Part shown: positions 42,054 to 52,755 of the stretch, in pieces | Layout: every line of letters starts with the position of its first letter | How positions within the stretch are numbered: position 1 is the stretch's first letter | Assembly (NCBI GenBank): GCA_964549145.1 | Contig: CAZJUK010000001.1 | Coordinates: forward strand, 2,700-66,699 | From: an uncultured Methylophilaceae bacterium | GTDB lineage: Bacteria > Pseudomonadota > Gammaproteobacteria > Burkholderiales > Methylophilaceae | Direction of reading: 5' to 3' | DNA: 64,000 nt | The notes under the pieces: generated by a model | Told to the model about the DNA's origin: nothing | Seen by the model: only the letters and a program-made list of their open reading frames with translations | Database searches by the model: none | Program-made: the position numbers and the translations under genes

Positions 42054-43042
42054 AAAAAATTGCAGTGCTAGGCGCCGGTGCTTGGGGTACTGCAGTTGCT
42101 ATGCATGTAAGTAATCAGCATCATGTTACGCTTTGGGGGCGAAATGCAGGCCATGTTTCAGGCATGCGAAAGGCGCGGTCAAACCCACTCTATCTAGGTG
42201 ATTTTAAATTCAATGATAATTTAATCCTTGAAGAGAATTTAGCAGTTGCAGTTGATGGCGCTGATTTGATACTTTCAATCGTACCTACTGCTGGTTTTAG
42301 GACTATTTTAAAAGCACTTAAAAAGCTAGGGTCAACACAAGATATTATATGGGCGCATAAAGGTTTAGAGCCTGAAACAGCTAAGCTGCCCTATGAGGTT
42401 GCGATTGAAGAGCTTGGTGCAAACCAGAGATGGGGCGCGTTATCAGGTCCAAGCTTTGCGGCTGAGTTGGTGCGTGGCTTGCCTACAGCAGTGACATTAG
42501 CCGCGAATGATGGTGAATTTGCATTACACGCAGCTAGTTTGATTCACAGCGGGTCATTACGTGTTTACGATAGTACTGATGTGATTGGTGTATCGGTTGG
42601 CGGGGCTGTGAAAAATGTTATGGCTATAGCCGCAGGTATTTCAGATGGTATGGGTTTTGGGAATAATGCGCGTGCTGCAATGATTACGCGTGGGCTTGCA
42701 GAAATTACGCGATTTGGCATTGCGCTGGGCGCTAAACCTGAAACTTTTATGGGCTTAGCAGGCGCTGGAGATTTAATTCTAACGTGCACTGGCCAATACT
42801 CTAGAAATAGAGAGGTTGGTATACAGCTAGCCAGCGGTAGGTCTCTAGAAGATGTTTTACAAGGCTTGGGTCACGTAGCCGAAGGTGTTAGTACAACGAG
42901 AGAAGTGATGCGACGCGCAAATCAAATTGATGTGGATATGCCAATCACTTTTGAGGTTAATCAAGTCTTAAGTCATGGCAAGTCTGCAAAAGAAGCCGTG
43001 ATGGATCTACTAAATCGCGAACAAAAACCTGAAGCTGTTTAA
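42050..43042 (+). CDS. gpsA: NAD(P)H-dependent glycerol-3-phosphate dehydrogenase
   Basis: Rossmann motif KKIAVLGAGAWGTA plus GPSFAAE and GAVKNVMAIAAG motifs. Start taken at TTG 42050; TTG 42038 is the alternative. Confidence 0.93.
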   Translation: MKKIAVLGAGAWGTAVAMHVSNQHHVTLWGRNAGHVSGMRKARSNPLYLGDFKFNDNLILEENLAVAVDGADLILSIVPTAGFRTILKALKKLGSTQDIIWAHKGLEPETAKLPYEVAIEELGANQRWGALSGPSFAAELVRGLPTAVTLAANDGEFALHAASLIHSGSLRVYDSTDVIGVSVGGAVKNVMAIAAGISDGMGFGNNARAAMITRGLAEITRFGIALGAKPETFMGLAGAGDLILTCTGQYSRNREVGIQLASGRSLEDVLQGLGHVAEGVSTTREVMRRANQIDVDMPITFEVNQVLSHGKSAKEAVMDLLNREQKPEAV

Positions 43043-43183
43043 AAGTATAACTTTGTCTTAACTATTTTTCACTCTAAAAGCTCTAGAATTTATTTTCACA
43101 TATCGTATATTTTGTACTGCGTATGAATTCAATTTATTTTGACTAACTTAAAGGTTGTGATTTTGACCATTAAGATTGCTTAG

Positions 43184-43648
43184 CTAACTGCCGCCTTCAA
43201 AATCAATTTGTCGCCAAGCTTCGTAAAGCAATACGGCTGCGGAGTTCGATAGATTCAAACTCCTGCTTTCTGGCAACATAGGCAAACGAACTCTATTTTC
43301 GGCTGGAAACTCATTTCGAACTTCATCTGGTAGCCCACGGGTTTCTGGGCCAAAAACAAACACATCTTCTGCTTGGTATTGAATATTGCTATGGCGGGTG
43401 CTGCCTTTAGTGGTGATTGCAAACATGCGCTTGTCTGCTAGTGCAGTTTTACACGCTGCCCAATCCTTATACACTATTAAAGTTGAAAATTCATGATAAT
43501 CTAGCCCTGCACGTCTAAGTTGCTTATCTTCCAGCTTAAAACCAAGCGGCTCAACCAAATGTAATTGCGCGCCACTGTTGGCACATAAACGAATAATATT
43601 ACCTGTGTTAGGTGGAATTTCAGGTTCAAATAAGACGATGTGAAACAT
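43184..43648 (-). CDS. trmL: tRNA (cytidine/uridine-2'-O)-methyltransferase TrmL (SpoU/TrmH family)
   Basis: 154 aa. MFHIVLFEPEIPPNTGNIIRLCAN... and FGPETRGL...SLNLSNSAAV are SPOUT knot motifs. Confidence 0.92.
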   Translation of the reverse strand: MFHIVLFEPEIPPNTGNIIRLCANSGAQLHLVEPLGFKLEDKQLRRAGLDYHEFSTLIVYKDWAACKTALADKRMFAITTKGSTRHSNIQYQAEDVFVFGPETRGLPDEVRNEFPAENRVRLPMLPESRSLNLSNSAAVLLYEAWRQIDFEGGS

Positions 43649-43686
43649 AGTTTAAAGTGATAAGGTTCTAGAAAATACCCAACATT

Positions 43687-44300
43687 TTACATGCTTTGCT
43701 CCTGATTTCTTAGTGTCTTTGTAAGTTCATTTAAACTAGCGCCTGCGGACATCACATCATCAATAATGGCAGTGTGTTTATTCTCAATATTACTTTGGCG
43801 ATAGCCCCTACTTTTTAAAACCTCGCTAATACTTTTAACACGCTATTTAAATATTAAACTTGCTTGGGGAAATGTAAGTTCGTAACGCCGAATACTTTTA
43901 TGATATAAAAATCGTATTTTTTTGCAATTTTTAAAGCTTGACTAAATCCACGCTCTTTTAATGGGTTAGGGTGCGTTGGCATAGGTATAATGACCTCAAA
44001 GCTATTAGTGGGCGCTTCCCCCCCCAGCAACTTGCCGAACAAATAACTTATCTACAGTTGCTGGTTATATTTTTAATGTTGCATAACAGCATTTATTGGA
44101 AAATCATAAGTAAATAATGCCAGTATTATATCGAAGTGTGGTGGTTGACTAATGCATTGCCCACATCAAAGTATTGTTCGACATTAATCCACATTGCGAA
44201 CACTGATTAGCTAGTAAATATAGGAGCCCTTTTAAGCAGGCCTAACAAATGCTAATCTTATTTTCTGCCATGTAACCACAAAACACACAATCTTGTCTAA
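43687..44300 (-). pseudogene. comF: decayed comF (ComF/GntX-family phosphoribosyltransferase-like competence gene)
   Basis: Reverse-strand translation gives recognisable ComF blocks in different frames, separated by stops. These are the N-terminal Zn-finger CVFCG...ISIC*AC...CSQCG, the core VIIPMPTHPNPLKERGFSQALKIAKK (ORF-track fragment 43854-44042) and the PRT motif HTAIIDDVMSAGASLNEL, with a premature end. Has the usual position between trmL and bioB. Confidence 0.8.
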
Positions 44301-44390
44301 AGTTTTGATTTACTAATTATGGCCAACTTAACTTTTGATTAATTTTTAACCAGTTGTTAATGATGTTTTTATTATTACTTTACAGTCTAT

Positions 44391-44423
44391 AGTTTATTGA
44401 TTATTATCATCAAAATATAAACT
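44391..44423. promoter_or_regulatory. inverted repeat AGTTTAT-N19-ATAAACT just upstream of bioB (possible operator; weak call)
   Basis: Perfect 7-bp arms centred ~30 nt upstream of the bioB ATG (44436). Arm orientation is opposite to the canonical BirA operator, so its identity is uncertain. Confidence 0.2.
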
Positions 44424-44435
44424 GAAAGGCTGGGC

Positions 44436-45458
44436 ATGTTAGAAAATAATGAAGAAAATTTATCACAAAATGTGATAAACACCGATAGTTTAAAAGCGAA
44501 CAAGACTAGTTGCGATGAAACCGCTGTTAAGCGCTGGAAAGTCAGTGAGCTAGTAGCCTTATTTAACTTGCCTTTTAGTGATTTAATCAATAGAGCACAA
44601 ACAGTGCATAGAGAAAATTTTGACCCTAATGCTGTTCAGATAAGCACTCTTTTATCAATTAAAACAGGTGGTTGCAGTGAGGATTGTGGTTATTGTCCTC
44701 AGGCAGCACGTTACCATACCGAAGTTGAAAATGAGCCAATGATGCCGATTGCAGAGGTGCTAGCTGCAGCAAAAACTGCAAAAGAGAGCGGCGCTAGCCG
44801 TTTTTGCATGGGTGCTGCTTGGCGTTCGCCGAAACAAAGAGATTTGGAGCCTGTGCTTAAAATGGTGGCTGAAGTCAAAGCAATGGGTTTAGAAACTTGT
44901 GCAACACTAGGTATGCTTAAAGAGGGTATGGCCGAGCAATTAAAAGATGCTGGCTTAGATTATTACAATCATAATTTAGATACTGCACCTGAAAATTACG
45001 GTGATGTGATTACTACACGTACTTATCAAGATCGCTTAGACACATTAGATCGTGTGCGAGATGCTGATATCAATGTATGTAGTGGGGGTATTGTGGGTAT
45101 GGGTGAAACACGAAAACAACGGGCAGGTTTAATTGCACAGTTAGCTAATTTGTCACGACCACCAGAAAGTGTGCCAATAAACTTGTTAACGCAGGTTGAA
45201 GGTACGCCGCTGCACGGGACTGAAGAACTTGATGCCTTTGAGTTTGTGCGCACGATTGCAGCTGCTAGAATTGCTATGCCCACAAGCTTCGTGCGTCTTT
45301 CTGCTGGCCGTCAGAGTATGAATGAAGGCATACAGGCTTTATGCTTTATTGCTGGTGCAAACAGTATTTTCTATGGTGAAAAACTATTAACAACAGGTAA
45401 TCCTGAAGCAGAAGTAGACAAAAAACTATTCGACAAGCTCGGTATTCACCCACTTTAA
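44436..45458 (+). CDS. bioB: biotin synthase
   Basis: Radical-SAM cluster motif [10 protein letters not shown] plus YNHNLDT and GGIVGMGE motifs. Confidence 0.96.
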   Translation: MLENNEENLSQNVINTDSLKANKTSCDETAVKRWKVSELVALFNLPFSDLINRAQTVHRENFDPNAVQISTLLSIKTGGCSEDCGYCPQAARYHTEVENEPMMPIAEVLAAAKTAKESGASRFCMGAAWRSPKQRDLEPVLKMVAEVKAMGLETCATLGMLKEGMAEQLKDAGLDYYNHNLDTAPENYGDVITTRTYQDRLDTLDRVRDADINVCSGGIVGMGETRKQRAGLIAQLANLSRPPESVPINLLTQVEGTPLHGTEELDAFEFVRTIAAARIAMPTSFVRLSAGRQSMNEGIQALCFIAGANSIFYGEKLLTTGNPEAEVDKKLFDKLGIHPL

Positions 45459-46631
45459 ATGCTAGCAGAATTACAACAAGAGTTAGGCCAGCGAGAGTCC
45501 AATGGATTGTTACGACAACGGAGATTATTAGATTCTCCGCAAGCTGAATATATTGTTACCAATGATCAGCAATATTTATCATTTTGTAGTAATGATTATT
45601 TAGGATTTGCTAATCATCCCAAATTAATAGCAACCATGCAAGCCGCTGCCGGTGAGGCAGGTGTTGGTAGTGGTGCTTCTAACCTCATCACAGGTCACCA
45701 CCGGTATCATGATGGGTTAGAGAAGCAGCTTGCGGCATTTGTAGATATGCCAGCCGCCTTACTATTTTCAGCAGGGTATATGGCAAATATTGGTGTGCTT
45801 GGCGCACTTGTTGGTCGTAAGGATGCTATTTTTGCTGATAAGCTTAATCACGCCTGTTTAAATGATGGTAGTTATTACTCCTTAGCAGCATTTCACCGTT
45901 TTCAACATAATGATCTAGACGCTTTAGAGCGTTTGCTTAAATCAAGTAAAGCTAAACGTAAATTGATTGCGGTCGACGCAGTGTTTAGTATGGATGGTGA
46001 TATGGCGCCATTGAAAGAATACTTAGCATTATGTGAACAATATGATGCGTATTTGTATGTTGATGATGCTCATGGCTTTGGTGTGTTGGGTGAGCATGGC
46101 CAAGGGTCGCTAAATCATTGTCAACTGAAATCACCACGCATTATTATGATGGCAACACTAGGCAAGGCTGCCGGTGTAGCAGGTGCATTTGTCGCTGGTG
46201 AGCGCATTATTATTGATTACTTAATACAGACAGCCAAAAGCTATGTGTATAGCACACCGGCACCACCAGCGCTTTCAGCCACATTGGCTGAGGCTGTTAA
46301 TTTAATTGAAAAAGGTGACGATTTAAGATCACACTTACAGCATTTAATCACGATACTTAAAAACAACTTAGATCTAAAAAAATGGCAACTCATGCCATCA
46401 CAAACTGCTGTACAGCCTTTGTTAGTTGGTAGTAATTATACTGCATTGCAATTAAGCGAGCGTTTGCAAATGCTCGGTATTTTAGTGCCAGCAATACGAC
46501 CACCAACAGTGCCAAAAAACACAGCAAGACTGCGCATCTCATTATCTGCAGCGCATTCAGAATCAGATGTTTTGCAATTAGCGGCAGCCATTAATGAGTT
46601 GGCCTATGAACTTGAAGGTGAATTAACATGA
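45459..46631 (+). CDS. bioF: 8-amino-7-oxononanoate synthase
   Basis: PLP-dependent alpha-oxoamine synthase (SNDYLGF..., VDDAHGFGVLG..., GTLGKA). Immediately follows bioB. Confidence 0.94.
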   Translation: MLAELQQELGQRESNGLLRQRRLLDSPQAEYIVTNDQQYLSFCSNDYLGFANHPKLIATMQAAAGEAGVGSGASNLITGHHRYHDGLEKQLAAFVDMPAALLFSAGYMANIGVLGALVGRKDAIFADKLNHACLNDGSYYSLAAFHRFQHNDLDALERLLKSSKAKRKLIAVDAVFSMDGDMAPLKEYLALCEQYDAYLYVDDAHGFGVLGEHGQGSLNHCQLKSPRIIMMATLGKAAGVAGAFVAGERIIIDYLIQTAKSYVYSTPAPPALSATLAEAVNLIEKGDDLRSHLQHLITILKNNLDLKKWQLMPSQTAVQPLLVGSNYTALQLSERLQMLGILVPAIRPPTVPKNTARLRISLSAAHSESDVLQLAAAINELAYELEGELT

Positions 46632-47404
46632 CGGTGCATGTGGAAATAGTAGGGCAAGGAAAACCGTTAGTCATGTTACATGGTTGGGGTATGCATAGTG
46701 GCGTGTGGCAACCATTAGTTAAAAAACTCTCTTCGCAATATATGCTTTACCTGGTTGATCTGCCTGGTATGGGTAATAGCAAGCCCATAGAACCGTGCCA
46801 TATACATAGTGTTGCCGAAGAAGTCGCAGAAGTTATCCCTGGTGTAAGTGATATTTTAGGCTGGTCATTAGGCGGCTTGGTCGCACAGCGTATTGCCATT
46901 AATCAGTCAGATAGAATTAGACGTTTAATATTAGTGGGTTCAACTCCTTGTTTTGTTCGCCAAGCTGACTGGCATTCAGCAATAGATGGACAGGATTTTA
47001 AAGATTTCGCAGAAAGAATTAACTTAGACTACAAGCAAACCATCTTGCAATTTTTAACCTTGCAATGTATGAAAGCGAAAGATGCGCGACAATCGATTAA
47101 ATTGTTACGCGAAACATTGGCGACTAAACCTGCACCTAGCCAGGCAACATTAGAAAATACGCTTGAGCTGTTATTAAAAACAGATTTACGGCATGAAGTT
47201 GATGCTATTCGTAAACCCACATTGTTGATTCATGGCGACCGAGATACATTGGCGCCAGTGCAAGCTGCGCATTGGATGATGCAACAATTGCCAAAAGGCT
47301 TTTTAAGAGTCATGTCAGGTGCAGCACATGCGCCGTTTTTATCACATAGCGAGCAGTTCATAGAAGCATTAGATCAGTTCTTAGAACCTGATTTAACTAA
47401 ATAG
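46628..47404 (+). CDS. bioH: pimeloyl-ACP methyl ester carboxylesterase
   Basis: Alpha/beta hydrolase with LHGWG and nucleophile elbow GWSLGG. Position within bioBFHCD. Overlaps the bioF stop. Confidence 0.9.
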   Translation: MTVHVEIVGQGKPLVMLHGWGMHSGVWQPLVKKLSSQYMLYLVDLPGMGNSKPIEPCHIHSVAEEVAEVIPGVSDILGWSLGGLVAQRIAINQSDRIRRLILVGSTPCFVRQADWHSAIDGQDFKDFAERINLDYKQTILQFLTLQCMKAKDARQSIKLLRETLATKPAPSQATLENTLELLLKTDLRHEVDAIRKPTLLIHGDRDTLAPVQAAHWMMQQLPKGFLRVMSGAAHAPFLSHSEQFIEALDQFLEPDLTK

Positions 47405-47406
47405 TT

Positions 47407-48321
47407 ATGGAAAGCATAGATGAGTATTTAATTGATAAGAAAAGGGTGCGTGCATCGTTTAATCGGGCAGCTAATACTTATGACGCAGCCGCAGTACTGC
47501 AAAAGTTAGTGCGTGATGAAATGCTCAACCGCTTAGATTTGATTACAGTCGCACCGAAAAAAATATTAGATCTTGGATGTGGTACAGGCTATGGTAGCTT
47601 TCTATTACAAAAACGCTTTAAATCTGCCCAAGTCTTTTCACTAGATTGTGCTTTTTCCATGTTAGAAAAAACATATGAGAAGCAGTCATTCCTAAAAAAA
47701 GCTTTAGGTAATAAAAAATTAATTTGTGCTGATATTGAAAACCTACCTGTAGCGGAAGACAATATAGATGTTGTTTGGTCTAATTTGGCGTTGCAATGGT
47801 GTAATGATTTAGATAAAAGCTTTGCTGAAATCAATCGAGCATTAAAACCGAACAGCCTCTTTATGTTTAGTACCTTTGGCCCAGATACCTTAAAAGAACT
47901 CCGGACTGCTAGCAATAACGAAAAAGCTAATGATCAAGCGGATAACCAAGCTTATAACCAAACGCATGTCAGTCGCTTTATCGATATTCACGACATTGGC
48001 GATGCTCTGACTAGAGTAGGGTTCAATGCACCTGTGCTCGATGTTGAGCATTACACACTGACTTATGATGATGTTAGGGGTGTTATGGTGGATTTGAAAT
48101 CGATCGGCGCCAATAATGCCACTTATGGTCGTGGGCGAGGCTTGGCAGGCAAAGGCTTTTTAAAAAACTTGGCTGAGCAATACGAACAATTCCGTACTGA
48201 TGATGGCAAGCTACCTGCCACATTTGAAGTGGTTTATGGACATGCGTGGACACCAGAGGCTAAATCTGGGCAAGACTTAGGTGATGGTGTGTCACCGATT
48301 AGTTTTAAACTTAGAAGCTAA
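47407..48321 (+). CDS. bioC: malonyl-ACP O-methyltransferase
   Basis: SAM-binding motif ILDLGCGTGYGS and N-terminal FNRAANTYD, typical of BioC. Operon context. Confidence 0.9.
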   Translation: MESIDEYLIDKKRVRASFNRAANTYDAAAVLQKLVRDEMLNRLDLITVAPKKILDLGCGTGYGSFLLQKRFKSAQVFSLDCAFSMLEKTYEKQSFLKKALGNKKLICADIENLPVAEDNIDVVWSNLALQWCNDLDKSFAEINRALKPNSLFMFSTFGPDTLKELRTASNNEKANDQADNQAYNQTHVSRFIDIHDIGDALTRVGFNAPVLDVEHYTLTYDDVRGVMVDLKSIGANNATYGRGRGLAGKGFLKNLAEQYEQFRTDDGKLPATFEVVYGHAWTPEAKSGQDLGDGVSPISFKLRS

Positions 48322-48343
48322 ATAAAACTATTTTTAATCAGCC

Positions 48344-48970
48344 ATGACAGCAGCGTACTTCATTACAGGAACAGATACCGATGTTGGTAAAACCCATGTC
48401 GCCTGCCAGTTAATAAAGCAGTTTGTCGCAGAAGGCCTAAAAGTCATTGGCATGAAGCCTGTTGCAGCAGGCTGCGAATTGATAGATGGCGAATGGCTTA
48501 ATGAAGACGTGCAAAAGCTAACTGCAGCTAGTAATATACAAGCGCCTAAAGAACTGATTAATCCATACTGTTTTAATGAATATATCGCACCGCACTTAGC
48601 GGCTGAACAAGCGGGTTTGGAAATTCAAATTGCTAAAATAAAACAAGCTTATGATGAATTAACGACGATGGCAGATGTGGTCATAGTTGAAGGTGCAGGT
48701 GGTTTTTTAGTGCCACTTAACAGACAAGAGAGTTTGGCTGATTTAGCACTAGTATTAAATATCCCAGTCGTGTTAGTCGTCGGCATGAAACTAGGTTGTA
48801 TTAACCACAGTTTGCTAACGGTAGAAGCCATTAAAGCACGAGGTTTAGTATTGCATGGTTGGGTGGGAAATTATATTGACCCAGGGATGCAGTTACGGGA
48901 AGCTAATATAGAAACGATTACTAAACAACTGCAACTAGTGCCAATGTTTAAATCTAAGTGGGTTGATTGA
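48344..48970 (+). CDS. bioD: dethiobiotin synthase
   Basis: P-loop ITGTDTDVGKT and VEGAGG motif. 208 aa. Confidence 0.94.
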   Translation: MTAAYFITGTDTDVGKTHVACQLIKQFVAEGLKVIGMKPVAAGCELIDGEWLNEDVQKLTAASNIQAPKELINPYCFNEYIAPHLAAEQAGLEIQIAKIKQAYDELTTMADVVIVEGAGGFLVPLNRQESLADLALVLNIPVVLVVGMKLGCINHSLLTVEAIKARGLVLHGWVGNYIDPGMQLREANIETITKQLQLVPMFKSKWVD

Positions 48971-49185
48971 AAACTTAACGTTTAAATTAAAGAGTGACTT
49001 TGCCCGTCTTGCTTAAATGATAGATTAGCAGGTAAATACATATTTCCCATTAACTTTTTTAGGTCTAACAAAACTAAAACATATGAATAGGCGCTAAGCT
49101 GAATGCTAAATTTATTTTAAAACTTATTAGCTACTAACTGGAATTTTAATTACCCTAATGAAAGCTTAGGCAAGCGACTTTAGGT

Positions 49186-49833
49186 TTATTTGGAAGGGTA
49201 CAGCTGATGCTGATGGATATATTCAACAACTGCATCTGGCACTAAATACCGCGCTGATTCTTTATGCTGCAACAGGCCCCTAATATGCGTTGCACTAATA
49301 TCTTGCGCAGTAACTTTTTGCATGATGATAAAGCCAGACTTTTCAGCTTTTAAGTCTGCCTGCCGCTCTGTGTAATGGTCGCGTAACAGTTCCCTTAGCT
49401 CGTTGGGCAGTTTTTCCTGTACTTGTGTCTGCGGCCTTTGTATAAATACGATATGAGCATAAGCCAATAGCTCTTGCCAACGGTGCCAAGTGTTGAGATT
49501 TATAAAGACATCGCTACCCATCATTAAACACAGTGCTGTGCCTTTATCTAAAGATTCTCGCAGTGAAATAAGGGTGTCGATCGTATAAGAAGCACCATTA
49601 CGTTTTAGTTCTAGTGTGTCTAGCGTGAACTGAGCGTTATCTGCGATAGCAGCTTGCACCATGGCAGCGCGGTGTTCTGCCGATGCTGCAACACTATCTT
49701 TATGTGGAGGCTTAGCTGAAGGGATAAACTTGACTTCATCCATCGCTAACGCGGCAGCTAGTTCTTGGGCCATGCGTAAGTGACCGAAATGAATCGGGTT
49801 AAATGTACCGCCAAGTATGCCGACTAGTCGCAT
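49186..49833 (-). CDS. nadD: nicotinate-nucleotide adenylyltransferase
   Basis: GGTFNPIHFGH nucleotidyltransferase motif and ISATHIR. 215 aa. Confidence 0.94.
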   Translation of the reverse strand: MRLVGILGGTFNPIHFGHLRMAQELAAALAMDEVKFIPSAKPPHKDSVAASAEHRAAMVQAAIADNAQFTLDTLELKRNGASYTIDTLISLRESLDKGTALCLMMGSDVFINLNTWHRWQELLAYAHIVFIQRPQTQVQEKLPNELRELLRDHYTERQADLKAEKSGFIIMQKVTAQDISATHIRGLLQHKESARYLVPDAVVEYIHQHQLYPSK

Positions 49834-49885
49834 GGTTTTAATTTATAGAGTTTTAATTGATGAAGTTAAAATTTTGTAGCACGAT

Positions 49886-51145
49886 TTAAGTGCGAATGTG
49901 ACCGTCGCCTAAAACGACATACTTAAGCGAAGTAAGGCCTTCTAAACCAACAGGGCCACGAGCATGTAGTTTATCAGTTGAGATGCCAATCTCTGCACCT
50001 AATCCATACTCAAAGCCATCTGCAAATCGGGTAGAGGCGTTGACCATGACACTACTTGAATCAACATCGCGCAAGAACTGACGTGATTTAGTGTAACTTT
50101 CAGTCACAATGCTTTCTGTGTGCTGTGAAGAATGTTCGTTAATATGCGCAATCGCATCATTCAAGCTACCAACCACTTTGCAAGAAATAATAGCGTCTAA
50201 ATACTCAGTGTAATGATCTTCATTAGTGGCGACTTTTGCTTTTTTAACAATGGCACATGTTTCTGTGCAGCCACGAATTTCTATACCATTATTGATCAGC
50301 ACTGCCGCAATTTTAGGTAGCATCTCTTTTGCAATAGTACGATGAATAAGTAAAGACTCAGCTGTATTACAGGTACCTAAGCGCTGCGTTTTACTATTTT
50401 CTACAATGTTAAGTGCTTTTTCAATATCAGCATCACTATCTACATATACATGGCAGTTACCATCTAAATGTTTAATAACAGGAATGCGTGCATCGTTAGA
50501 AATTCGCTCAATTAAGCCTTTGCCGCCGCGTGGCACAATCACATCCACATAATCTTTCATGGTGATGAGCTCCCCAACTGCTGCGCGGTCAGTGGTTTCA
50601 ACTACTTGCACCACTTCTTTTGGTAATCCAGCTTTTTCCAAGCCTTCATGCACCAGTTTTGCTAACGCTTGGTTGCAATGAATCGCTTCTGAACCACCAC
50701 GTAAAATGGCGGCATTGCCAGACTTGATGCATAAGCCAGCAGCATCAGCTGTAACGTTAGGACGCGCTTCATAAATAATACCAATGACGCCTAAAGGTAC
50801 GCGCATTTGGCCGACCTGAATGCCACTTGGCATGTATTTTAAATTATTCATTTGACCAATAGGGTCCGCTAAACCAGCAATTTGTAATAGACCTTCTGCC
50901 ATGCTGTCTACGGTTTCTGCAGTGAGTGTTAGGCGGTCTAATAATGCGCTTTCTAGGCCATTTTTTTGAGCTGCGGTTAAGTCCTCGGCATTCGCTTCAA
51001 GTAAGCTATTTTTTTCACGTAATATCGCCTCAGCGATATAATTAAGCGCTTGGTTTTTTGCACTACTATCTGAACTCGCAATGAGTCTTGAAGCATTACG
51101 AGAATTCTCACCCAATTGCTGCATATATTCTTTAATATTTTGCAT
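49886..51145 (-). CDS. proA: glutamate-5-semialdehyde dehydrogenase
   Basis: 419 aa ALDH-fold ProA ([10 protein letters not shown]..., [10 protein letters not shown] catalytic Cys). Confidence 0.95.
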   Translation of the reverse strand: MQNIKEYMQQLGENSRNASRLIASSDSSAKNQALNYIAEAILREKNSLLEANAEDLTAAQKNGLESALLDRLTLTAETVDSMAEGLLQIAGLADPIGQMNNLKYMPSGIQVGQMRVPLGVIGIIYEARPNVTADAAGLCIKSGNAAILRGGSEAIHCNQALAKLVHEGLEKAGLPKEVVQVVETTDRAAVGELITMKDYVDVIVPRGGKGLIERISNDARIPVIKHLDGNCHVYVDSDADIEKALNIVENSKTQRLGTCNTAESLLIHRTIAKEMLPKIAAVLINNGIEIRGCTETCAIVKKAKVATNEDHYTEYLDAIISCKVVGSLNDAIAHINEHSSQHTESIVTESYTKSRQFLRDVDSSSVMVNASTRFADGFEYGLGAEIGISTDKLHARGPVGLEGLTSLKYVVLGDGHIRT

Positions 51146-51181
51146 GATTAATTTTCTTTTAAAAGTTTCTTTGCATTCACG

Positions 51182-52195
51182 TTATCTAGTACGGATTTTA
51201 GCTAAGCCGAAACAAAGTCTAGATAACTCTAGCCACGCATCACCTAACATCACGCCTTTACCAATTCTATCAATATCACAAAGCTTTTGTAAGGCGGCTT
51301 CTACCTGACGCAAACTTAAGCGTGATACGGCTTTTCTTGCTAGGTTTTGTCTATCACCAAAAATACGTGCTGCGGTCATTGCTTGATTGATGTTTTGCCC
51401 TCGTTTTTGTGCATGCTTAATTCGCACAAGCGGGCGTAAAATCCAGATCAAGGGATTTATCACCGCCACTGCTTGCTCGCCTTCATCTTTTAGACCTTGC
51501 AGAATGCGTGAAGTACGTTCTGCATCGCCAGCTAATACTGCTTCACCGAGTTGAAATGCATCATAACGTGAGACATTTAGCACTGCATTACTGATATCTT
51601 CTGCGCTCAATTCACCTTCTGGTAATAATAACCCCAGTTTTTGAATTTCTTGATGTGCGGCTAATAAATTACCTTCAACTTGGTGCGACATAAAGTTAAG
51701 TGAAGCTTGATCAGTCTTCTGATTCTGTAGAGCTAGTCGACTTGCGATCCACTGAGGTAGCTGCGATGCTGCCACTTCATTAAGCTCAATAGTGACGGCT
51801 GTATTTTGCAATGCATTAAACCAAACACTTTTCTTAGCTTCATAACTAAGGGCAGGTAATATGATGATCATAGTGGTATCTGGAATATGGTTTTTAGCCA
51901 ATTCTTTTAGTATTTTGCCACCTTCAGTGCCTGGTTTCCCAGTGGGTATATGGATTTCTAATAAACGTTGAGAAGAAAACAGTGAAAGTGCTTGCCCAAA
52001 TTTCTGAACAGATTGCCAATTAAAACTACGCTCTACAATAAAGCTACTACGTTCATCTGCTCCAGATTGACGCGCTGTTTGCCGAATTAAATCTAAAGAC
52101 TCTGTTTGCGCTAAGGGCTCATCACCGATGAGCAGGTACAAAGACGCTAATGATTTTCTTAGATGCTGCTTAAGCTGAGATTGCGCGAGTTCCAT
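51182..52195 (-). CDS. holA: DNA polymerase III subunit delta
   Basis: 337 aa. N-terminal LYLLIGDEPL motif. Has the leuS-lptE-holA synteny. Confidence 0.9.
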   Translation of the reverse strand: MELAQSQLKQHLRKSLASLYLLIGDEPLAQTESLDLIRQTARQSGADERSSFIVERSFNWQSVQKFGQALSLFSSQRLLEIHIPTGKPGTEGGKILKELAKNHIPDTTMIIILPALSYEAKKSVWFNALQNTAVTIELNEVAASQLPQWIASRLALQNQKTDQASLNFMSHQVEGNLLAAHQEIQKLGLLLPEGELSAEDISNAVLNVSRYDAFQLGEAVLAGDAERTSRILQGLKDEGEQAVAVINPLIWILRPLVRIKHAQKRGQNINQAMTAARIFGDRQNLARKAVSRLSLRQVEAALQKLCDIDRIGKGVMLGDAWLELSRLCFGLAKIRTR

Positions 52196-52693
52196 TTATT
52201 TCTGCGATTGTCTTTTAAGTGCTGAAAGTCTACGTACAATATTTCTAACAACATCAGTTTGCATATTTTTATTGAGCTGTCTTTCTTCTGATTGTTTAGC
52301 AAGCCTATTGGCTTCGTCAAACGTAAAGTCACGTCTTGCTTCAACCGTGACAACTTGACTCCATACCTCATCACCAGGGAGTTTAGAGCGGTAATGTACC
52401 CGATAATAAAGCTCAAACTCATTCACAGTACCTTCACCGCCGATGGAAAGAATACGTTTTTCATTTTCTTCGCCGAGTAAATCAAGTTGCAACTCTGCAT
52501 TTTCGGCTGATTCTAGGATGACTACCTCGTTCAAATTCAAAGTTTGATTGAGTTCTTTTGAAACAACTAATGTATTCCCTAGTATATAAATACTATCAAA
52601 TGGTATGTCAGTTTTGCCACGCAAGTGAAATCCGCAGGCTGTTAGGCAAGCAATGATGAAGAATACTAAACCATTCGAAAATATTGATTTCAA
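52196..52693 (-). CDS. lptE: LPS-assembly lipoprotein LptE
   Basis: Lipobox LTACGFHLRG, typical of LptE (RlpB). Lies between leuS and holA. Confidence 0.9.
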   Translation of the reverse strand: MKSIFSNGLVFFIIACLTACGFHLRGKTDIPFDSIYILGNTLVVSKELNQTLNLNEVVILESAENAELQLDLLGEENEKRILSIGGEGTVNEFELYYRVHYRSKLPGDEVWSQVVTVEARRDFTFDEANRLAKQSEERQLNKNMQTDVVRNIVRRLSALKRQSQK

Positions 52694-52755
52694 AACTTAC
52701 GCTCTCTATGCAATTGAACAGTCTAATTTAAATGGCTGTTTATTTCACAGTTTTC

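Noticed and set aside
43854-44042. 62-aa ORF that could be annotated as a small hypothetical protein.
   Set aside because: It is the central PxPxH...RGF(N/S)QA block of the disrupted comF gene, not an independent gene.
47914-47967. Asn/Gln/Asp-rich insertion (NNEKANDQADNQAYNQTH) in BioC.
   Set aside because: It is a short low-complexity loop insertion in a variable region of the methyltransferase and is unlikely to be functionally significant.
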